From: a candidate division WOR-3 bacterium
GTDB taxonomy: Bacteria; Hydrothermota; Tepidihabitantia; Tepidihabitantales; Tepidihabitantaceae
NCBI GenBank assembly: GCA_965649225.1
Contig: CBFGJX010000002.1
Location: forward strand, 96,001 to 160,000
Direction: 5' to 3'
DNA length: 64,000 bases
Translations under genes and position numbers: made by a program
Notes under the pieces: generated by a model
What the model was told of the DNA's origin: nothing
The model's database searches: none
Seen by the model: the letters and a program-made list of their open reading frames with translations, nothing else
Shown: positions 29,841-39,887 of the stretch, piece after piece
Position numbering within the stretch: the first letter of the stretch is position 1
How the letters are laid out: the number at the start of each line of letters is the position of its first letter

Positions 29841-30062
29841 GCCCAGACGCAGAAGGATACTGAATCTAATCTTCGTAATGCTCTCCTACCGTCTTACGGA
29901 CACTCAAGGATCTAGCGATAGTCTTTGTCGTCACGGGCCAGCGCAAATTGCCTGTTGGAATGAAGCAAGAATGGTTGCCCCTGAGCATCGCGACCGGAGG
30001 CGACGGTCGGATCGGCACTCGCCGAACCGCTGAGGCGATTTGCCACCACCCAAAAGGAAGAA

Positions 30063-30149
30063 CGGAGAGAGAGGGATTTGAACCCCCGATACCCATAAGG
30101 GTATACGTGATTTCGAGTCACGCGCCATCGTCCACTCGGCCATCTCTCC
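30063..30149 (-). tRNA. tRNA-Ser(CGA), long variable arm, CCA not encoded
   Basis: GGAGAGATGGCCGAGTGG...CGTGA-CTCGAAA-TCACG...GGGGGTTCAAATCCCTCTCTCTCCG. Confidence 0.97.
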
Positions 30150-30162
30150 GTCAGTTCCACTG

Positions 30163-30645
30163 CTATTCGTGGGCCCGAGCCGTCCGGCGGGCACGAAAAA
30201 AACCTCGCAGCAACTTCGCGGACTGTTCGGCTAAGACTCCACTGACAACTTCGAAACGGTGATTGAAACGACTGTCGGCCGCGATATCGTATCGCGACCC
30301 CAGACAGCCAAATTTGGGATCCTTAGCTGCAAAAACAACCCGGGCCGGCCTTGCCAGAACGAGAGCACCCGTACACATCAAGCAGGGCTCCAAAGTAACA
30401 TAAACGGTGGCGTCAGCAAGACGCCAGTTTCCGATTGTCGTCGCCGCCGCGCTCAGGGCGATCATCTCGGCATGGGCGGTCGGGTCCCGCAGGAGCTCGG
30501 TCTGATTCCGCCCCCGCCCAATCACTCTCCCTTCCCGCACGACCACACAACCAACCGGCACCTCCCCTTCGGCTGCGGCCGTTTCGGCCTCACGTAGAGC
30601 CTGTGCCATCCAGTTCTCATCAAACGAAAGGGAGACCTGCTTCAA
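30163..30645 (-). CDS. tadA: tRNA adenosine(34) deaminase
   Basis: EVPVG, DPTAHAE, TLEPCLMC, FF..RR; start at TTG 30645, just after tRNA-Arg (the ORF-track start lies inside the tRNA). Confidence 0.95.
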   Translation of the reverse strand: MKQVSLSFDENWMAQALREAETAAAEGEVPVGCVVVREGRVIGRGRNQTELLRDPTAHAEMIALSAAATTIGNWRLADATVYVTLEPCLMCTGALVLARPARVVFAAKDPKFGCLGSRYDIAADSRFNHRFEVVSGVLAEQSAKLLRGFFRARRTARAHE

Positions 30646-30646
30646 A

Positions 30647-30720
30647 CGCGCCCGGCGCGACTCGAACGCGCAACCTACGGATTCGTAGTCCGGCACTCTA
30701 TCCAATTGAGCTACGGGCGC
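30647..30720 (-). tRNA. tRNA-Arg(ACG), CCA not encoded
   Basis: GCGCCCGTAGCTCAATTGGATAGAGTGCCGGA-CTACGAA-TCCGTAGGTTGCGCGTTCGAGTCGCGCCGGGCGCG. Confidence 0.97.
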
Positions 30721-30735
30721 GTGCCCGAACAGGGA

Positions 30736-30764
30736 ATTCTATGATCTCCGCGTCCGAGAGTCAA
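30736..30764 (-). promoter_or_regulatory. sigma70 promoter of tRNA-Arg-tadA-tRNA-Ser
   Basis: TTGACT-17nt-TAGAAT. Confidence 0.75.
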
Positions 30765-30783
30765 GCCGGCGTCGCTGGCCCGC

Positions 30784-31302
30784 CTAACGCACGGTCTCGC
30801 CTAGGATTCGCTGTGTCTCGCCCCCACCCTCGACGAACTTGAGCCATGAACGACCGTAAGCATCCAAAATGTTCTTGAAGACGAACTCATAGAACGCCTC
30901 GGGAACGGCCAAGGCAGGGGTTCGTTGCACAACGAAACGATCGGGCCATCCCTCCAGCCCCACTTCAAATCCGTCGGCCGACGGCCTGACCAGCAGTCGC
31001 GCTATGACCATTTCGGGTCCTGTCTCGTACTGCTGGGCATCCCCGGTGTCACTAACCACAAGCCCGATATTGAAATGCCACCCTTCGGACGAATGCCAAG
31101 TCACGTCCTTCGCCGTCCGTATCTTGATCGAGCTGCCCTCGCGGCTTCTAGGCATGAAGTAAAGGTGATACGCCGGGGTTTCAAGATATTTGCGGAGACC
31201 CTCAGCAACCAGTGTGGCAACCTCGCAACAGGCATCACGTTCCGTGAAAAACCTCAATTTGGCATCGGTGAGCGCGCGGCATATTTCGTCGAATCTAGTC
31301 AT
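30784..31302 (-). CDS. Hypothetical protein
   Basis: 172-aa ORF with SD GGAGG and an upstream TTGACT-16-TAGATT promoter. Confidence 0.75.
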   Translation of the reverse strand: MTRFDEICRALTDAKLRFFTERDACCEVATLVAEGLRKYLETPAYHLYFMPRSREGSSIKIRTAKDVTWHSSEGWHFNIGLVVSDTGDAQQYETGPEMVIARLLVRPSADGFEVGLEGWPDRFVVQRTPALAVPEAFYEFVFKNILDAYGRSWLKFVEGGGETQRILGETVR

Positions 31303-31428
31303 GGACGACCTCCGATTGCGGCCTTAATCACTCGTTTAATCTACACCAGTCGTGGAGCAAGTCAATTGGACTACGTACTCTAACTTCAATTGTTTGACTG
31401 CCTGTCGCCCGCCAATATCATTCAACCG

Positions 31429-32265
31429 ATGGTATCAGCAGGTGACCACGTCCTGCTCTTTCACTCCGAGAAAATGCACTACCTGCTGCGCGTAGAGAAT
31501 TCCGGGACGTTTTCTACTCACCGGGGCCAGATTGACCACCGCCAGCTTCTCGGTCGCCAATTCGGTGACGAAGTCAAGACTCATCTCGGCTTCAGCTTCT
31601 ATCTGCTCAAGCCATCCGTCGCCGATCTGGCCCTGCGCGTGAAGCGACTCACGACCGTTGCCTACCCAAAGGATGTCGGTCCAATGCTCTTGGAAACCGG
31701 AATCGGACCGGGCTCGCGCGTTATAGAATGCGGCACCGGCTCCGGGGCATTGACCCTCATTCTTGCACACCTGGTAAGGCCCGGCGGCCGGGTGTACACA
31801 TACGAACGCCGACCCGAGTTCTCGGCGAATGCCCGAAACAACATCATTCGACACGGACTGCACGACGTCTGCGAGTTCTACGTCCGCGACCCGGGCCAGG
31901 AGGGATTCGTCGAACGCGACGTCGAAGCCGTGATTCTGGACGTTCCCGAACCATGGACCCTGGTTACACCTGCGCGACAGGCGCTACACGGCGGCTCGCC
32001 GCTGGTCGCAATTGTCCCGACATTCGAACAGCTTCGCCGTCTGACTTTGGCACTGCAATCAGACGGTTACGTCCGAATCCGTTGCCGGGAAATACTTGAA
32101 CGGCAGCTGCTGCTGCGCTCAACCGGCATTCGCCCGGCCGACCGGATGGTCGCCCACACCGTCTTCGTTGTGACGGCCAGCAAAGTCAATTCGCCATCGC
32201 CGGAGCCAACCAACAACTGCCCGCCATCAGATGAACAACATTCTACTTTCGATGACGATGTCTAG
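31429..32265 (+). CDS. trmI: tRNA (adenine-58-N1)-methyltransferase
   Basis: YPKD, VIECGTGSGALT, YERRPEF, LDVPEPW, RPADRMVAHT; promoter TTGACT-16-TATCAT-7-ATG. Confidence 0.92.
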   Translation: MVSAGDHVLLFHSEKMHYLLRVENSGTFSTHRGQIDHRQLLGRQFGDEVKTHLGFSFYLLKPSVADLALRVKRLTTVAYPKDVGPMLLETGIGPGSRVIECGTGSGALTLILAHLVRPGGRVYTYERRPEFSANARNNIIRHGLHDVCEFYVRDPGQEGFVERDVEAVILDVPEPWTLVTPARQALHGGSPLVAIVPTFEQLRRLTLALQSDGYVRIRCREILERQLLLRSTGIRPADRMVAHTVFVVTASKVNSPSPEPTNNCPPSDEQHSTFDDDV

Positions 32266-33169
32266 CCCCACCGAAGCACTTGCTAGCCTCTTGCTCACCA
32301 TTGCACTGTGCCTCAACGGATGCCAGCCCTCACGGCCCGTTCGCGGCCAGCGGATAGTTTCGCTTGTTCCAAGCGTAACCGAAATTGTCTACGCCGTCGG
32401 GGCGGGGGCCGATCTTGTCGGCAACACCAACTCATGTGACTGGCCGGCGGCGGCTCGGTCGGTGCCAAAGGTTGGCGATTTCGCCAACCCGGACCCCGAG
32501 CGCATTATCAGCCTGAAACCAACGTTGGTCTTTTTGGCATTCCCGATTCACGCCCCCATGGCTGCCCAGCTGACCGAAGCCGGAATACGATGGTACGCCT
32601 CCCGGCCTGCAAGCCTTGAGGATGTTTTTGCCGAAATAGAAACTGTTGGTGCACTTGTAGGCAAACGCAGCCAGGCACAAATGCTTGCAGCCAACCTTCG
32701 CAATCAGCTACGGGAAGTTGAACCGGTGGCCGACTCACCAACGGTGTATCTTGAGATAGCATCGAACCCACCCATGACCGTGGGCGGAATGACGTTCATT
32801 AACGACCTCGTCGCCCATGCTGGTGGGCGCAACGTCTTCGCTAACGCCCTCCAAGAATTTCCGTTGGTTGACCAGGAACTCCTGATCAGACTGAATCCGC
32901 AAGTGATTCTGATCCTGCACCCACAGTCCAACGCGCAGGACGTCACCAAGAGGCTGGGCTGGTCACAGATTGACGCTGTCAGGAACGGCCGGGTATACGG
33001 CGATCTGAACGAGGACGTCATCTTCCGACCGGGTCCTCGAATTATCGAGGGTCTGCGCGAAATCCGGAAACTGCTCGCCAGCAGCCCTTTCACGGATGCC
33101 AACAGTTCAGCCGGTCATTTTCCCACATCGACCATCTCCAGCCCTGCATCTTCTGCATCGCCGAAGTAA
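32258..33169 (+). CDS. btuF: Cobalamin/siderophore ABC transporter substrate-binding lipoprotein (BtuF-like)
   Basis: Lipobox LNGC; RIVSLVPSVTEI, ERIISLKP, AVRNGRVY, RPGPR. Confidence 0.82.
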   Translation: MSSPTEALASLLLTIALCLNGCQPSRPVRGQRIVSLVPSVTEIVYAVGAGADLVGNTNSCDWPAAARSVPKVGDFANPDPERIISLKPTLVFLAFPIHAPMAAQLTEAGIRWYASRPASLEDVFAEIETVGALVGKRSQAQMLAANLRNQLREVEPVADSPTVYLEIASNPPMTVGGMTFINDLVAHAGGRNVFANALQEFPLVDQELLIRLNPQVILILHPQSNAQDVTKRLGWSQIDAVRNGRVYGDLNEDVIFRPGPRIIEGLREIRKLLASSPFTDANSSAGHFPTSTISSPASSASPK

Positions 33170-33174
33170 CGACA

Positions 33175-34116
33175 ATGGAATCGAACCACCGACCAAGGTT
33201 TGCTTGGCCGGCTGCCTTGGCGTTCCTCGTCGTCGGTGTTGGAGCGAACCTGCTGATCGGCCCCGGCGGCCTCATCCCTCCCCACTGGCACATCCGGTTG
33301 ACCCGGACAATTCTCGGCCTTGTCGCCGGCGGAACACTCGGTCTCGTTGGCGCGACTCTGCAAGGTGTTACCCGCAACTCACTCGCCGACCCGTTTACAC
33401 TTGGGGTTGCAAGCGGCGCAGCACTTGGTTCAGCACTCACCACGATCGTAACCGGACACTTCGGGCCACTGACCCTGCTGGGAGGCTTTGCCGGCGCCGC
33501 CGCGACCATGCTGCTCGTATATTTGCTTGCCCGGATACGTAACAGGGTTACCACAACCTCGCTGGTGCTTGCCGGAGTGACTGTCAGCTTCGTTCTCTCC
33601 AGCCTGACGATGCTCACATTTATTCTCAGTCGCCGTACGCTTGGCGAGGCGGTCTATGCCTTGATGGGACACCTCGGGTTCTTCTTCACCCGGACAACAG
33701 CTCTAATCTTCGGAGCCGGCTCACTGGCGATCTTGGCTGGTAGTCTCTGGCTGATTGGCCGGGCGCGCAGTCTGGATATTGCCACACTCGACGATGACTC
33801 GGCAGAGTCGCTCGGGGAAGCAGTCAGCAGTCTGACAGTGAAAGTCTTTCTGATTACCTCAGCAATGGTTGGAATCGTCGTTTCCTTCACTGGAGCAATC
33901 AGCTTTGTCGGCCTCATCGTTCCGCATCTGGTCAGACTACTTCAAGGGCCAACGCACAAGGGTGTTCTGGCCGGGTCATTTCTGACCGGCGCCGCACTGT
34001 TGCTGCTGGCAGATGTTGCATCACGTCAGCTTGTGCCCGGCGGCATACCACTGTCGATAGTCACAACGATTGTTGGCGTACCATTCTTCGTCTGGCTCAT
34101 GCGGCGCAGTATCTGA
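33175..34116 (+). CDS. btuC: FecCD/BtuC-family ABC permease
   Basis: LQGVTRNSLADPFTLGVASGA, GAISFVGLIVPHLVR. Confidence 0.85.
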   Translation: MESNHRPRFAWPAALAFLVVGVGANLLIGPGGLIPPHWHIRLTRTILGLVAGGTLGLVGATLQGVTRNSLADPFTLGVASGAALGSALTTIVTGHFGPLTLLGGFAGAAATMLLVYLLARIRNRVTTTSLVLAGVTVSFVLSSLTMLTFILSRRTLGEAVYALMGHLGFFFTRTTALIFGAGSLAILAGSLWLIGRARSLDIATLDDDSAESLGEAVSSLTVKVFLITSAMVGIVVSFTGAISFVGLIVPHLVRLLQGPTHKGVLAGSFLTGAALLLLADVASRQLVPGGIPLSIVTTIVGVPFFVWLMRRSI

Positions 34117-34895
34117 TGCTTCTGCTCGAGGGTATCTCTTTTGGCTACGGACGTTCCCGCATCATCCATGACCTTACACTATCGGTCAAGAAAGGTGAGC
34201 TGGTCGGATTAGTCGGCCCTAACGGGGCTGGTAAATCCACCCTCTTGAAGCTGGCTGCTGGTATTGCCTGCTCCGAACAGGGATCTGTACTGATCAACAA
34301 CACTCCTGTCAGAAGTTTGAGTCGCATGGAAGCTGCACGTACCATCGCCTTGGTACCACAGAATCCGCAATTCAGCCTTGAATACAGCATCCGCGACGTA
34401 GTTCTGATGGGTCGTCATCCGCACCTGCCCGCTTTCGCTGACTACCCCAGCAGCGACCGCCGGCTCGTCGATCAGATAATCTCAGAATTGCAGATAGCGA
34501 GTTTGTCCAATGAAAGCATCACCCGCGTTTCGGCTGGAGAACGCCAGCGAGCCGTCATCGCACGGGCACTGGCACAGCAGCCACAGTTGCTTCTGCTTGA
34601 CGAACCGACCGCCCATCTTGACGTCGCCCACCAGCTGCTGGTCCTGTCAATACTCCGACGGCTCGCACGGGACGGCGGCACTGCAATCCTGATGTCATCG
34701 CACGACCTGAACCTAACTGGACTGTGGGTCGACAGAATCGTGCTATTGGATCGGGGACGCGTGGCCGCAGACGGCCCTCCGGCAGAAGTCATGACGGAAG
34801 GCACCCTGCAACAGGTCTATGGAACACCGGTTCTTGTCATCAAGCATCCGCAGACCCACCGACCGCAGATTGTACTCCCTGGCCCTGGGGACTAA
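34116..34895 (+). CDS. btuD: ABC transporter ATP-binding protein (FecE/BtuD-like)
   Basis: GPNGAGKST, SAGERQR, LLDEPTAHLD, SHDLN. Confidence 0.85.
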   Translation: MLLLEGISFGYGRSRIIHDLTLSVKKGELVGLVGPNGAGKSTLLKLAAGIACSEQGSVLINNTPVRSLSRMEAARTIALVPQNPQFSLEYSIRDVVLMGRHPHLPAFADYPSSDRRLVDQIISELQIASLSNESITRVSAGERQRAVIARALAQQPQLLLLDEPTAHLDVAHQLLVLSILRRLARDGGTAILMSSHDLNLTGLWVDRIVLLDRGRVAADGPPAEVMTEGTLQQVYGTPVLVIKHPQTHRPQIVLPGPGD

Positions 34896-35161
34896 CGGTT
34901 CCGACTGTCGCCCTCAAGAGCCGAATCAGCGCCGAAAACCAATAGCGCCAGCCGACGAGCAGAATCAGGATTGGCGATTCTGGCTCTGACTTCGGCCCGT
35001 TGAGCGATTCGTCCCCTGATTGACTCGAGCTGACGCTGCAACCTGTGCACCTCTCGGCTTTGACGCCAGATCCTCACCAGGCCACTCGGCCCGGCGAGAA
35101 AAACACCCACCAGTAACAATACTGCGGCCAAGGGGAGGAAAGACCAGATATGGTGTCGCAT
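34892..35161 (-). CDS. ftsB: Septum formation initiator, FtsB/DivIC-like
   Basis: TM followed by coiled coil (GPSGL), directly downstream of eno (conserved synteny). Confidence 0.65.
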   Translation of the reverse strand: MRHHIWSFLPLAAVLLLVGVFLAGPSGLVRIWRQSREVHRLQRQLESIRGRIAQRAEVRARIANPDSARRLALLVFGADSALEGDSRNR

Positions 35162-35177
35162 CAGCCCGACATTCAGT

Positions 35178-36470
35178 TCAGCGCCGGATGCTTCTCAGCC
35201 CAGCGTACTCCAGCACATCGTCTTCTTCGATTCGGATCAGTCGGTTGTATTTTGCAACCCGCTCGGCCCGACAGGGCGCACCGGACTTCATCTGCCCGGA
35301 GTTCACCGCAACCGCAAGATCGGCGATGAAGTGGTCAACCGTATCGCCCGAGCGGTGTGATATCAAGGTACGATAGCCGTGGTCAGCAGCGAGGTAGACA
35401 CAATCCAGCGTTTCGCTGATTGTCCCCACCTGATTCGGTTTGATCAGTATCGAGTTTGCCACCCCTTGCTGGATACCCTGCCGAAGACGCTCGCTCTGGG
35501 TAACGAAAATATCGTCGCCGATCAGTTGGATCTGCTTTCCAAGTTTCTCGGTCATCATTGTCCAGCCGGCCCAATCGTCTTCAGCCAGCCCATCCTCAAT
35601 TGTGACGATCGGATAACGCCTCACCCAGTCGGCATAGATATCAACCAGCTCTTCAGCAGTCAGACTCCGTGGAGTTGGAACTGTCAGTTTATACAACCGC
35701 GACTCCTTGTCGAAAAAGCTGCTGGCGGCGACGTCGAGCGCAAGAAAAACCTGTTCTCCCGGCTTGTAGCCGGCCTTTTCAATCGCCTGCAGAATCAACG
35801 TCAAAGGAGCTTCGTTATCTTCGAAATCAGGAGCAAATCCGCCTTCATCACCCACCGTTGTGGCAAGATTCTTAGCACGAAGTATCAACCGCAGATGCTG
35901 GTAGGTTTCGGCTGCCGCCCGCAGTGCCTCACGGAAAGTGCCGAAACCAGCCGGAACCACCATGTACTCCTGAATATCCAGGTTGTTTGATGCGTGAGCG
36001 CCACCGTTTATAATATTCAGATACGGCACCGGCAGGGTCTTGGTACCCGCTCCACCCAAGAAACGGTAGATACAGATCCCAGCAGTAATCGAAGAAGCGC
36101 GACAGCAGGCCAGCGAGGCTCCCAGCGTTGCATTGGCCCCGATCTTTTCCTTGTTGTCGGAGTCGTCGAGCGCCTTCAGTTCCCGATCAATGCGATACTG
36201 GTTCGTTGCAACCATGCCAACCAGCCGCTCACGAATCACCGTATTGACGTGGCCGACCGCCTTCAGGACTCCCATTCCGAGATACCGGGCCGGGTCCTGA
36301 TCTCTAAGTTCGAGCGCCTCAAACCGGCCTTTGGAAGCCCCGGAGGGAACGGATGCCCGCCCCATTGTGCCGTCAGAAAGCAGGCAATCAACCTCCAGCG
36401 TCGGATTGCCCCGCGAGTCAAGTATCTCCCTTGCCTCAATATTGGCTATTGTCGGCGACGCCATCGTCAT
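35178..36470 (-). CDS. eno: Enolase
   Basis: [38 protein letters not shown]. Confidence 0.98.
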   Translation of the reverse strand: MTMASPTIANIEAREILDSRGNPTLEVDCLLSDGTMGRASVPSGASKGRFEALELRDQDPARYLGMGVLKAVGHVNTVIRERLVGMVATNQYRIDRELKALDDSDNKEKIGANATLGASLACCRASSITAGICIYRFLGGAGTKTLPVPYLNIINGGAHASNNLDIQEYMVVPAGFGTFREALRAAAETYQHLRLILRAKNLATTVGDEGGFAPDFEDNEAPLTLILQAIEKAGYKPGEQVFLALDVAASSFFDKESRLYKLTVPTPRSLTAEELVDIYADWVRRYPIVTIEDGLAEDDWAGWTMMTEKLGKQIQLIGDDIFVTQSERLRQGIQQGVANSILIKPNQVGTISETLDCVYLAADHGYRTLISHRSGDTVDHFIADLAVAVNSGQMKSGAPCRAERVAKYNRLIRIEEDDVLEYAGLRSIRR

Positions 36471-37744
36471 TCTCCTCTGAGGCGATCGTACTCGCCCCTG
36501 CGCTCGGCATAAAGCGGAAAAGCCTCCACCAGTTCTCTTACCGCGCTCTTTACCTTTTCCAGCCGTTCAGCATCCTCACCGGCGCTGATAGCCTCATTTA
36601 TCAACCGAGCGACTTCCTTCATCTGCGGTTCCTTCATTCCACGGGTCGTCAGTGCCGGAGTTCCCAACCGAATACCCGAGGCGATATAGGGCTTTTGGGG
36701 ATCGAACGGAATCGTGTTGCGGTTAACGGTGATGCCGACCCTACCCAGCACCCGCTCGGCGTCACGACCAGTTATGTTCTTCGATCGCAAATCAACCGTC
36801 ATCAGGTGATTGTCAGTACCACCCGAAACCAGCCGGAAACCAAGTTCCTGCAAAGCTGCCGCCAGTGCCTGTGCGTTGGCAAGCACCTGCCGCTGGTACT
36901 GCCGAAAATCCTCAGTCAAAGCCTCCTTGAAGGCAACAGCCTTTGCGGCGATGCAGTGCTCAAGCGGACCACCCTGAGTCCCGGGGAAAACGGTCTTGTC
37001 GATCTCCTCGGCGTACTTTGCTTTCCCCATGATGATAGCGCCGCGCGGGCCGCGCAGGGTCTTGTGAGTGGTCGTTGTTACGATGTCGGCGACCGGTACC
37101 GGCGAAGGATGCAATCCAGCAGCAACCAGCCCGGCGATGTGGGCGATATCCGCCAGTTGCGCCGCACCGACCTCGTCGCAGATCTCCTGAAACCGGCCAA
37201 AGTCAATCGTGCGCGGATATGCTGACGCGCCCGAGACGATTACCCGGGGTCGATGTTCAATTGCCAGCGCCCTGATCTGGCCATAGTCAAACGTCTCGGT
37301 GTTCGGGTCGACGCCGTACTGAACTACCTTGAAGTAACGGCCGGAGAAGTTTATCGGGTGCCCGTGGGACAGATGACCACCATGTGCCAGGTTAAGTCCG
37401 AGAATCGTGTCACCGGGCTTGGCCAGTACCAGATAGGCCGCGATGTTCGCCGATGTACCCGAATGCGGCTGAACATTGACATGCTCACAGCCAAACAGGG
37501 CCTTGGCCCGCTCAATCGCCAGATTCTCGGCAATGTCAACGAAACGGCAGCCCCCATAGTAGCGCCTGCCGGGATAACCCTCGGCGTATTTATTGGTGAG
37601 CACCGAACCGAGCGCAGCCAGCACGGCTTCGGAACAGAAATTCTCGGAAGCGATCAACTCGAGATGCGAATGCTGCCGGTTGGTTTCGCGAGCCACAGCA
37701 TCAAAGACCTCCGGATCAACCACTTTGAGCGCATCAGGTTTCAT
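36467..37744 (-). CDS. glyA: Serine hydroxymethyltransferase
   Basis: [41 protein letters not shown]. Confidence 0.98.
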   Translation of the reverse strand: MKPDALKVVDPEVFDAVARETNRQHSHLELIASENFCSEAVLAALGSVLTNKYAEGYPGRRYYGGCRFVDIAENLAIERAKALFGCEHVNVQPHSGTSANIAAYLVLAKPGDTILGLNLAHGGHLSHGHPINFSGRYFKVVQYGVDPNTETFDYGQIRALAIEHRPRVIVSGASAYPRTIDFGRFQEICDEVGAAQLADIAHIAGLVAAGLHPSPVPVADIVTTTTHKTLRGPRGAIIMGKAKYAEEIDKTVFPGTQGGPLEHCIAAKAVAFKEALTEDFRQYQRQVLANAQALAAALQELGFRLVSGGTDNHLMTVDLRSKNITGRDAERVLGRVGITVNRNTIPFDPQKPYIASGIRLGTPALTTRGMKEPQMKEVARLINEAISAGEDAERLEKVKSAVRELVEAFPLYAERRGEYDRLRGE

Positions 37745-37832
37745 CAGCAGACCTCCTGGATTTCACGGCTATAACCAAAGTCGTGCTAAGGGTAATCCGT
37801 CGCAGTCGCAAGTCAATCCCTCAACAACGAGC

Positions 37833-37864
37833 TGCGGTGCGGGCAGAACCCTGCCCGCACCGCA
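37833..37864 (-). terminator. Hairpin downstream of gdhA
   Basis: TGCGGTGCGGGCAG-AACC-CTGCCCGCACCGCA, perfect 14-bp stem. Confidence 0.75.
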
Positions 37865-37877
37865 CTGATTGAAAGGG

Positions 37878-39215
37878 TCATACTACACCCTGATCGATCA
37901 TCGCATCGGCAACCTTGACAAATCCAGCGATGTTGGCGCCCTTGACATAGTTGACCCAACCACCTTCATCGCCGTAAGCAAGGCACTGCTCGTGGATCGC
38001 CTTCATGATATCCCGGAGTCGCCGGTCAACTTCCTCACTCGACCACGACAACCGTAGGCTGTTCTGAGACATCTCCAGCCCGGACGTTGCCACACCACCG
38101 GCATTTGAGGCCTTACCGGGGGAATACAGAATCTTGCTGGCCGCAAAAACCCGCTGCGCTTCCGGCGTGCAGGGCATGTTGGCGCCTTCTCCTACACATC
38201 GGCAGCCGTTTTTGACCAGCATTTCGGCATCGGATTTGTCGAGTTCATTCTGAGTCGCACACGGCAGCGCGATATCGACCTTCACTTCCCAAGGTCGCCG
38301 TCCGGCCACAAACTTTGCCTTGAACCGGTCGGCATAGTCCTGGACCCGGTCACGCCGGCTGGCACGCATCTCAAGCATGTACTCAATCTTCTCCCCTTTG
38401 ACGCCATCTGGGTCATAGACATACCCATCCGGACCGGACAGTGTGACAACCTTGGCGCCAAGCTCGGTGGCCTTCTTGGCAGCACCCCACGCTACATTGC
38501 CAAAGCCGGATATTGCGACGGTCTTGCCGGCGATATCCTCGCCCTTCGTTTTCAGCATCTCGGTGACAAAGTAAACCAGTCCGTAGCCGGTAGCCTCCGG
38601 CCGCATCAGGCTGCCACCCCAGTTGATACCCTTCCCGGTCAGAACACCGGTAAACTCGTTGCGCAAGCGACGATACTGCCCGAACAAATAGCCAATCTCG
38701 CGGCCACCGACACCGATATCACCAGCCGGGACATCGGTGTCCGGTCCGATATGTTTGGCCAGTTCGGTCATGAATGACTGACAGAAGCGCATCACCTCGT
38801 TCTCGGACCTGCCGGTTGGATCGAAATCAGAACCGCCCTTGCCTCCGCCCATCGGCAGCGTCGTCAGAGCGTTCTTGAAGACCTGCTCGAAAGCCAGAAA
38901 CTTCAGGATACTCAGATTGACGCTGCGATGAAAACGCAACCCACCCTTGTACGGGCCGATGGCACCATTCATCTGAATCCGGTAGCCACGATTGATTTGT
39001 ACTTCACCCTTGTCATCAATCCATGGGACCCGGAAAATCACCACCCTTTCGGGTTCGGCAATTCTCTCCAGAATCTTGTGCTGGCGGTAACGAGGATGGG
39101 CCTCAATGTATGGCATCAGCGTCTCGGCGACCTCACGCACCGCCTGGTGAAATTCGGTCTCACCCGGATTCTTGGCTATGACGGCCGCCATGAACCGTTC
39201 GACTGCATCCGACAT
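37878..39215 (-). CDS. gdhA: NADP-specific glutamate dehydrogenase
   Basis: EFHQAV, GPYKGGLRFH, GGGKGGSDF, DVPAGDIGVG, RPEATGYG, NAGGVATS; SD AGGAGG. Confidence 0.97.
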   Translation of the reverse strand: MSDAVERFMAAVIAKNPGETEFHQAVREVAETLMPYIEAHPRYRQHKILERIAEPERVVIFRVPWIDDKGEVQINRGYRIQMNGAIGPYKGGLRFHRSVNLSILKFLAFEQVFKNALTTLPMGGGKGGSDFDPTGRSENEVMRFCQSFMTELAKHIGPDTDVPAGDIGVGGREIGYLFGQYRRLRNEFTGVLTGKGINWGGSLMRPEATGYGLVYFVTEMLKTKGEDIAGKTVAISGFGNVAWGAAKKATELGAKVVTLSGPDGYVYDPDGVKGEKIEYMLEMRASRRDRVQDYADRFKAKFVAGRRPWEVKVDIALPCATQNELDKSDAEMLVKNGCRCVGEGANMPCTPEAQRVFAASKILYSPGKASNAGGVATSGLEMSQNSLRLSWSSEEVDRRLRDIMKAIHEQCLAYGDEGGWVNYVKGANIAGFVKVADAMIDQGVV

Positions 39216-39304
39216 GTGTCCTCCTGACAATGTGGTATCAAATGAACCTGGTTATCCAGCATGACCCTTTGCGACAGACCGTTCGGGTGTAGTGCTGGGA
39301 GCGC

Positions 39305-39332
39305 ATTATAACCGCTTCCGGATACGGGTCAA
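39305..39332 (-). promoter_or_regulatory. sigma70 promoter of gdhA
   Basis: TTGACC-16nt-TATAAT. Confidence 0.7.
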
Positions 39333-39375
39333 TGCCAACCACCCCCGTCTCCGGAAGGTTTCAACTCAGTTTGCG

Positions 39376-39873
39376 CTAAACATTCAACCAACGTACTTGT
39401 CGCAGCAGGGCCAGCACCTCAACCCAGGTGCGAAAGAACAACAGCTCACGGGCAACCCATGAACGCGCAACCTGCTGCACAAATCCGGGGTCGCTGCGGC
39501 CCAAAAAATTCAGCAGCACGCGAAAGAAAACATGGCCGACTGCATAAGCCGAGGCAAGACCGGCAACCAACGCCAAAAGGTAATTGAACGCGCCGAGGCC
39601 AAAGCACAACGCCCCGTTCAGCAACAAAGCCAGCAGCAGCGCGGCAGCGAAAGCCAGCAGAAACAGCCCGACATAAGTAAGTAACGGGTCCAGCCCGAGC
39701 AACCCGGCAACGCTGCGATGCACAGAGTTCACCCCCCAGACGGCCAGTACCAACAAGACAGTTTCGTAGAAAACCCGGGAAAAGTCTCTGATTCCCCGCA
39801 GAAACTGCACTGCTGTCCCGGTCGCCAGGACCGCAATTCCCACCCAATCCAGCGCGGTGTAGCGCAAAATCAC
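39376..39873 (-). CDS. Membrane protein (CvpA-like topology)
   Basis: LDW..I...RG N-terminus and four hydrophobic segments. Confidence 0.55.
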   Translation of the reverse strand: MILRYTALDWVGIAVLATGTAVQFLRGIRDFSRVFYETVLLVLAVWGVNSVHRSVAGLLGLDPLLTYVGLFLLAFAAALLLALLLNGALCFGLGAFNYLLALVAGLASAYAVGHVFFRVLLNFLGRSDPGFVQQVARSWVARELLFFRTWVEVLALLRQVRWLNV

Positions 39874-39887
39874 CGCCGGTCTCCAGA

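Noticed and set aside
30646..30705. ORF-track N-terminal extension of TadA
   Set aside because: It is the translation of the tRNA-Arg gene.
31303..32258. Cobalamin riboswitch upstream of the btuFCD-like genes
   Set aside because: btuF overlaps the trmI stop and no B12-box was recognised; substrate assignment remains tentative.
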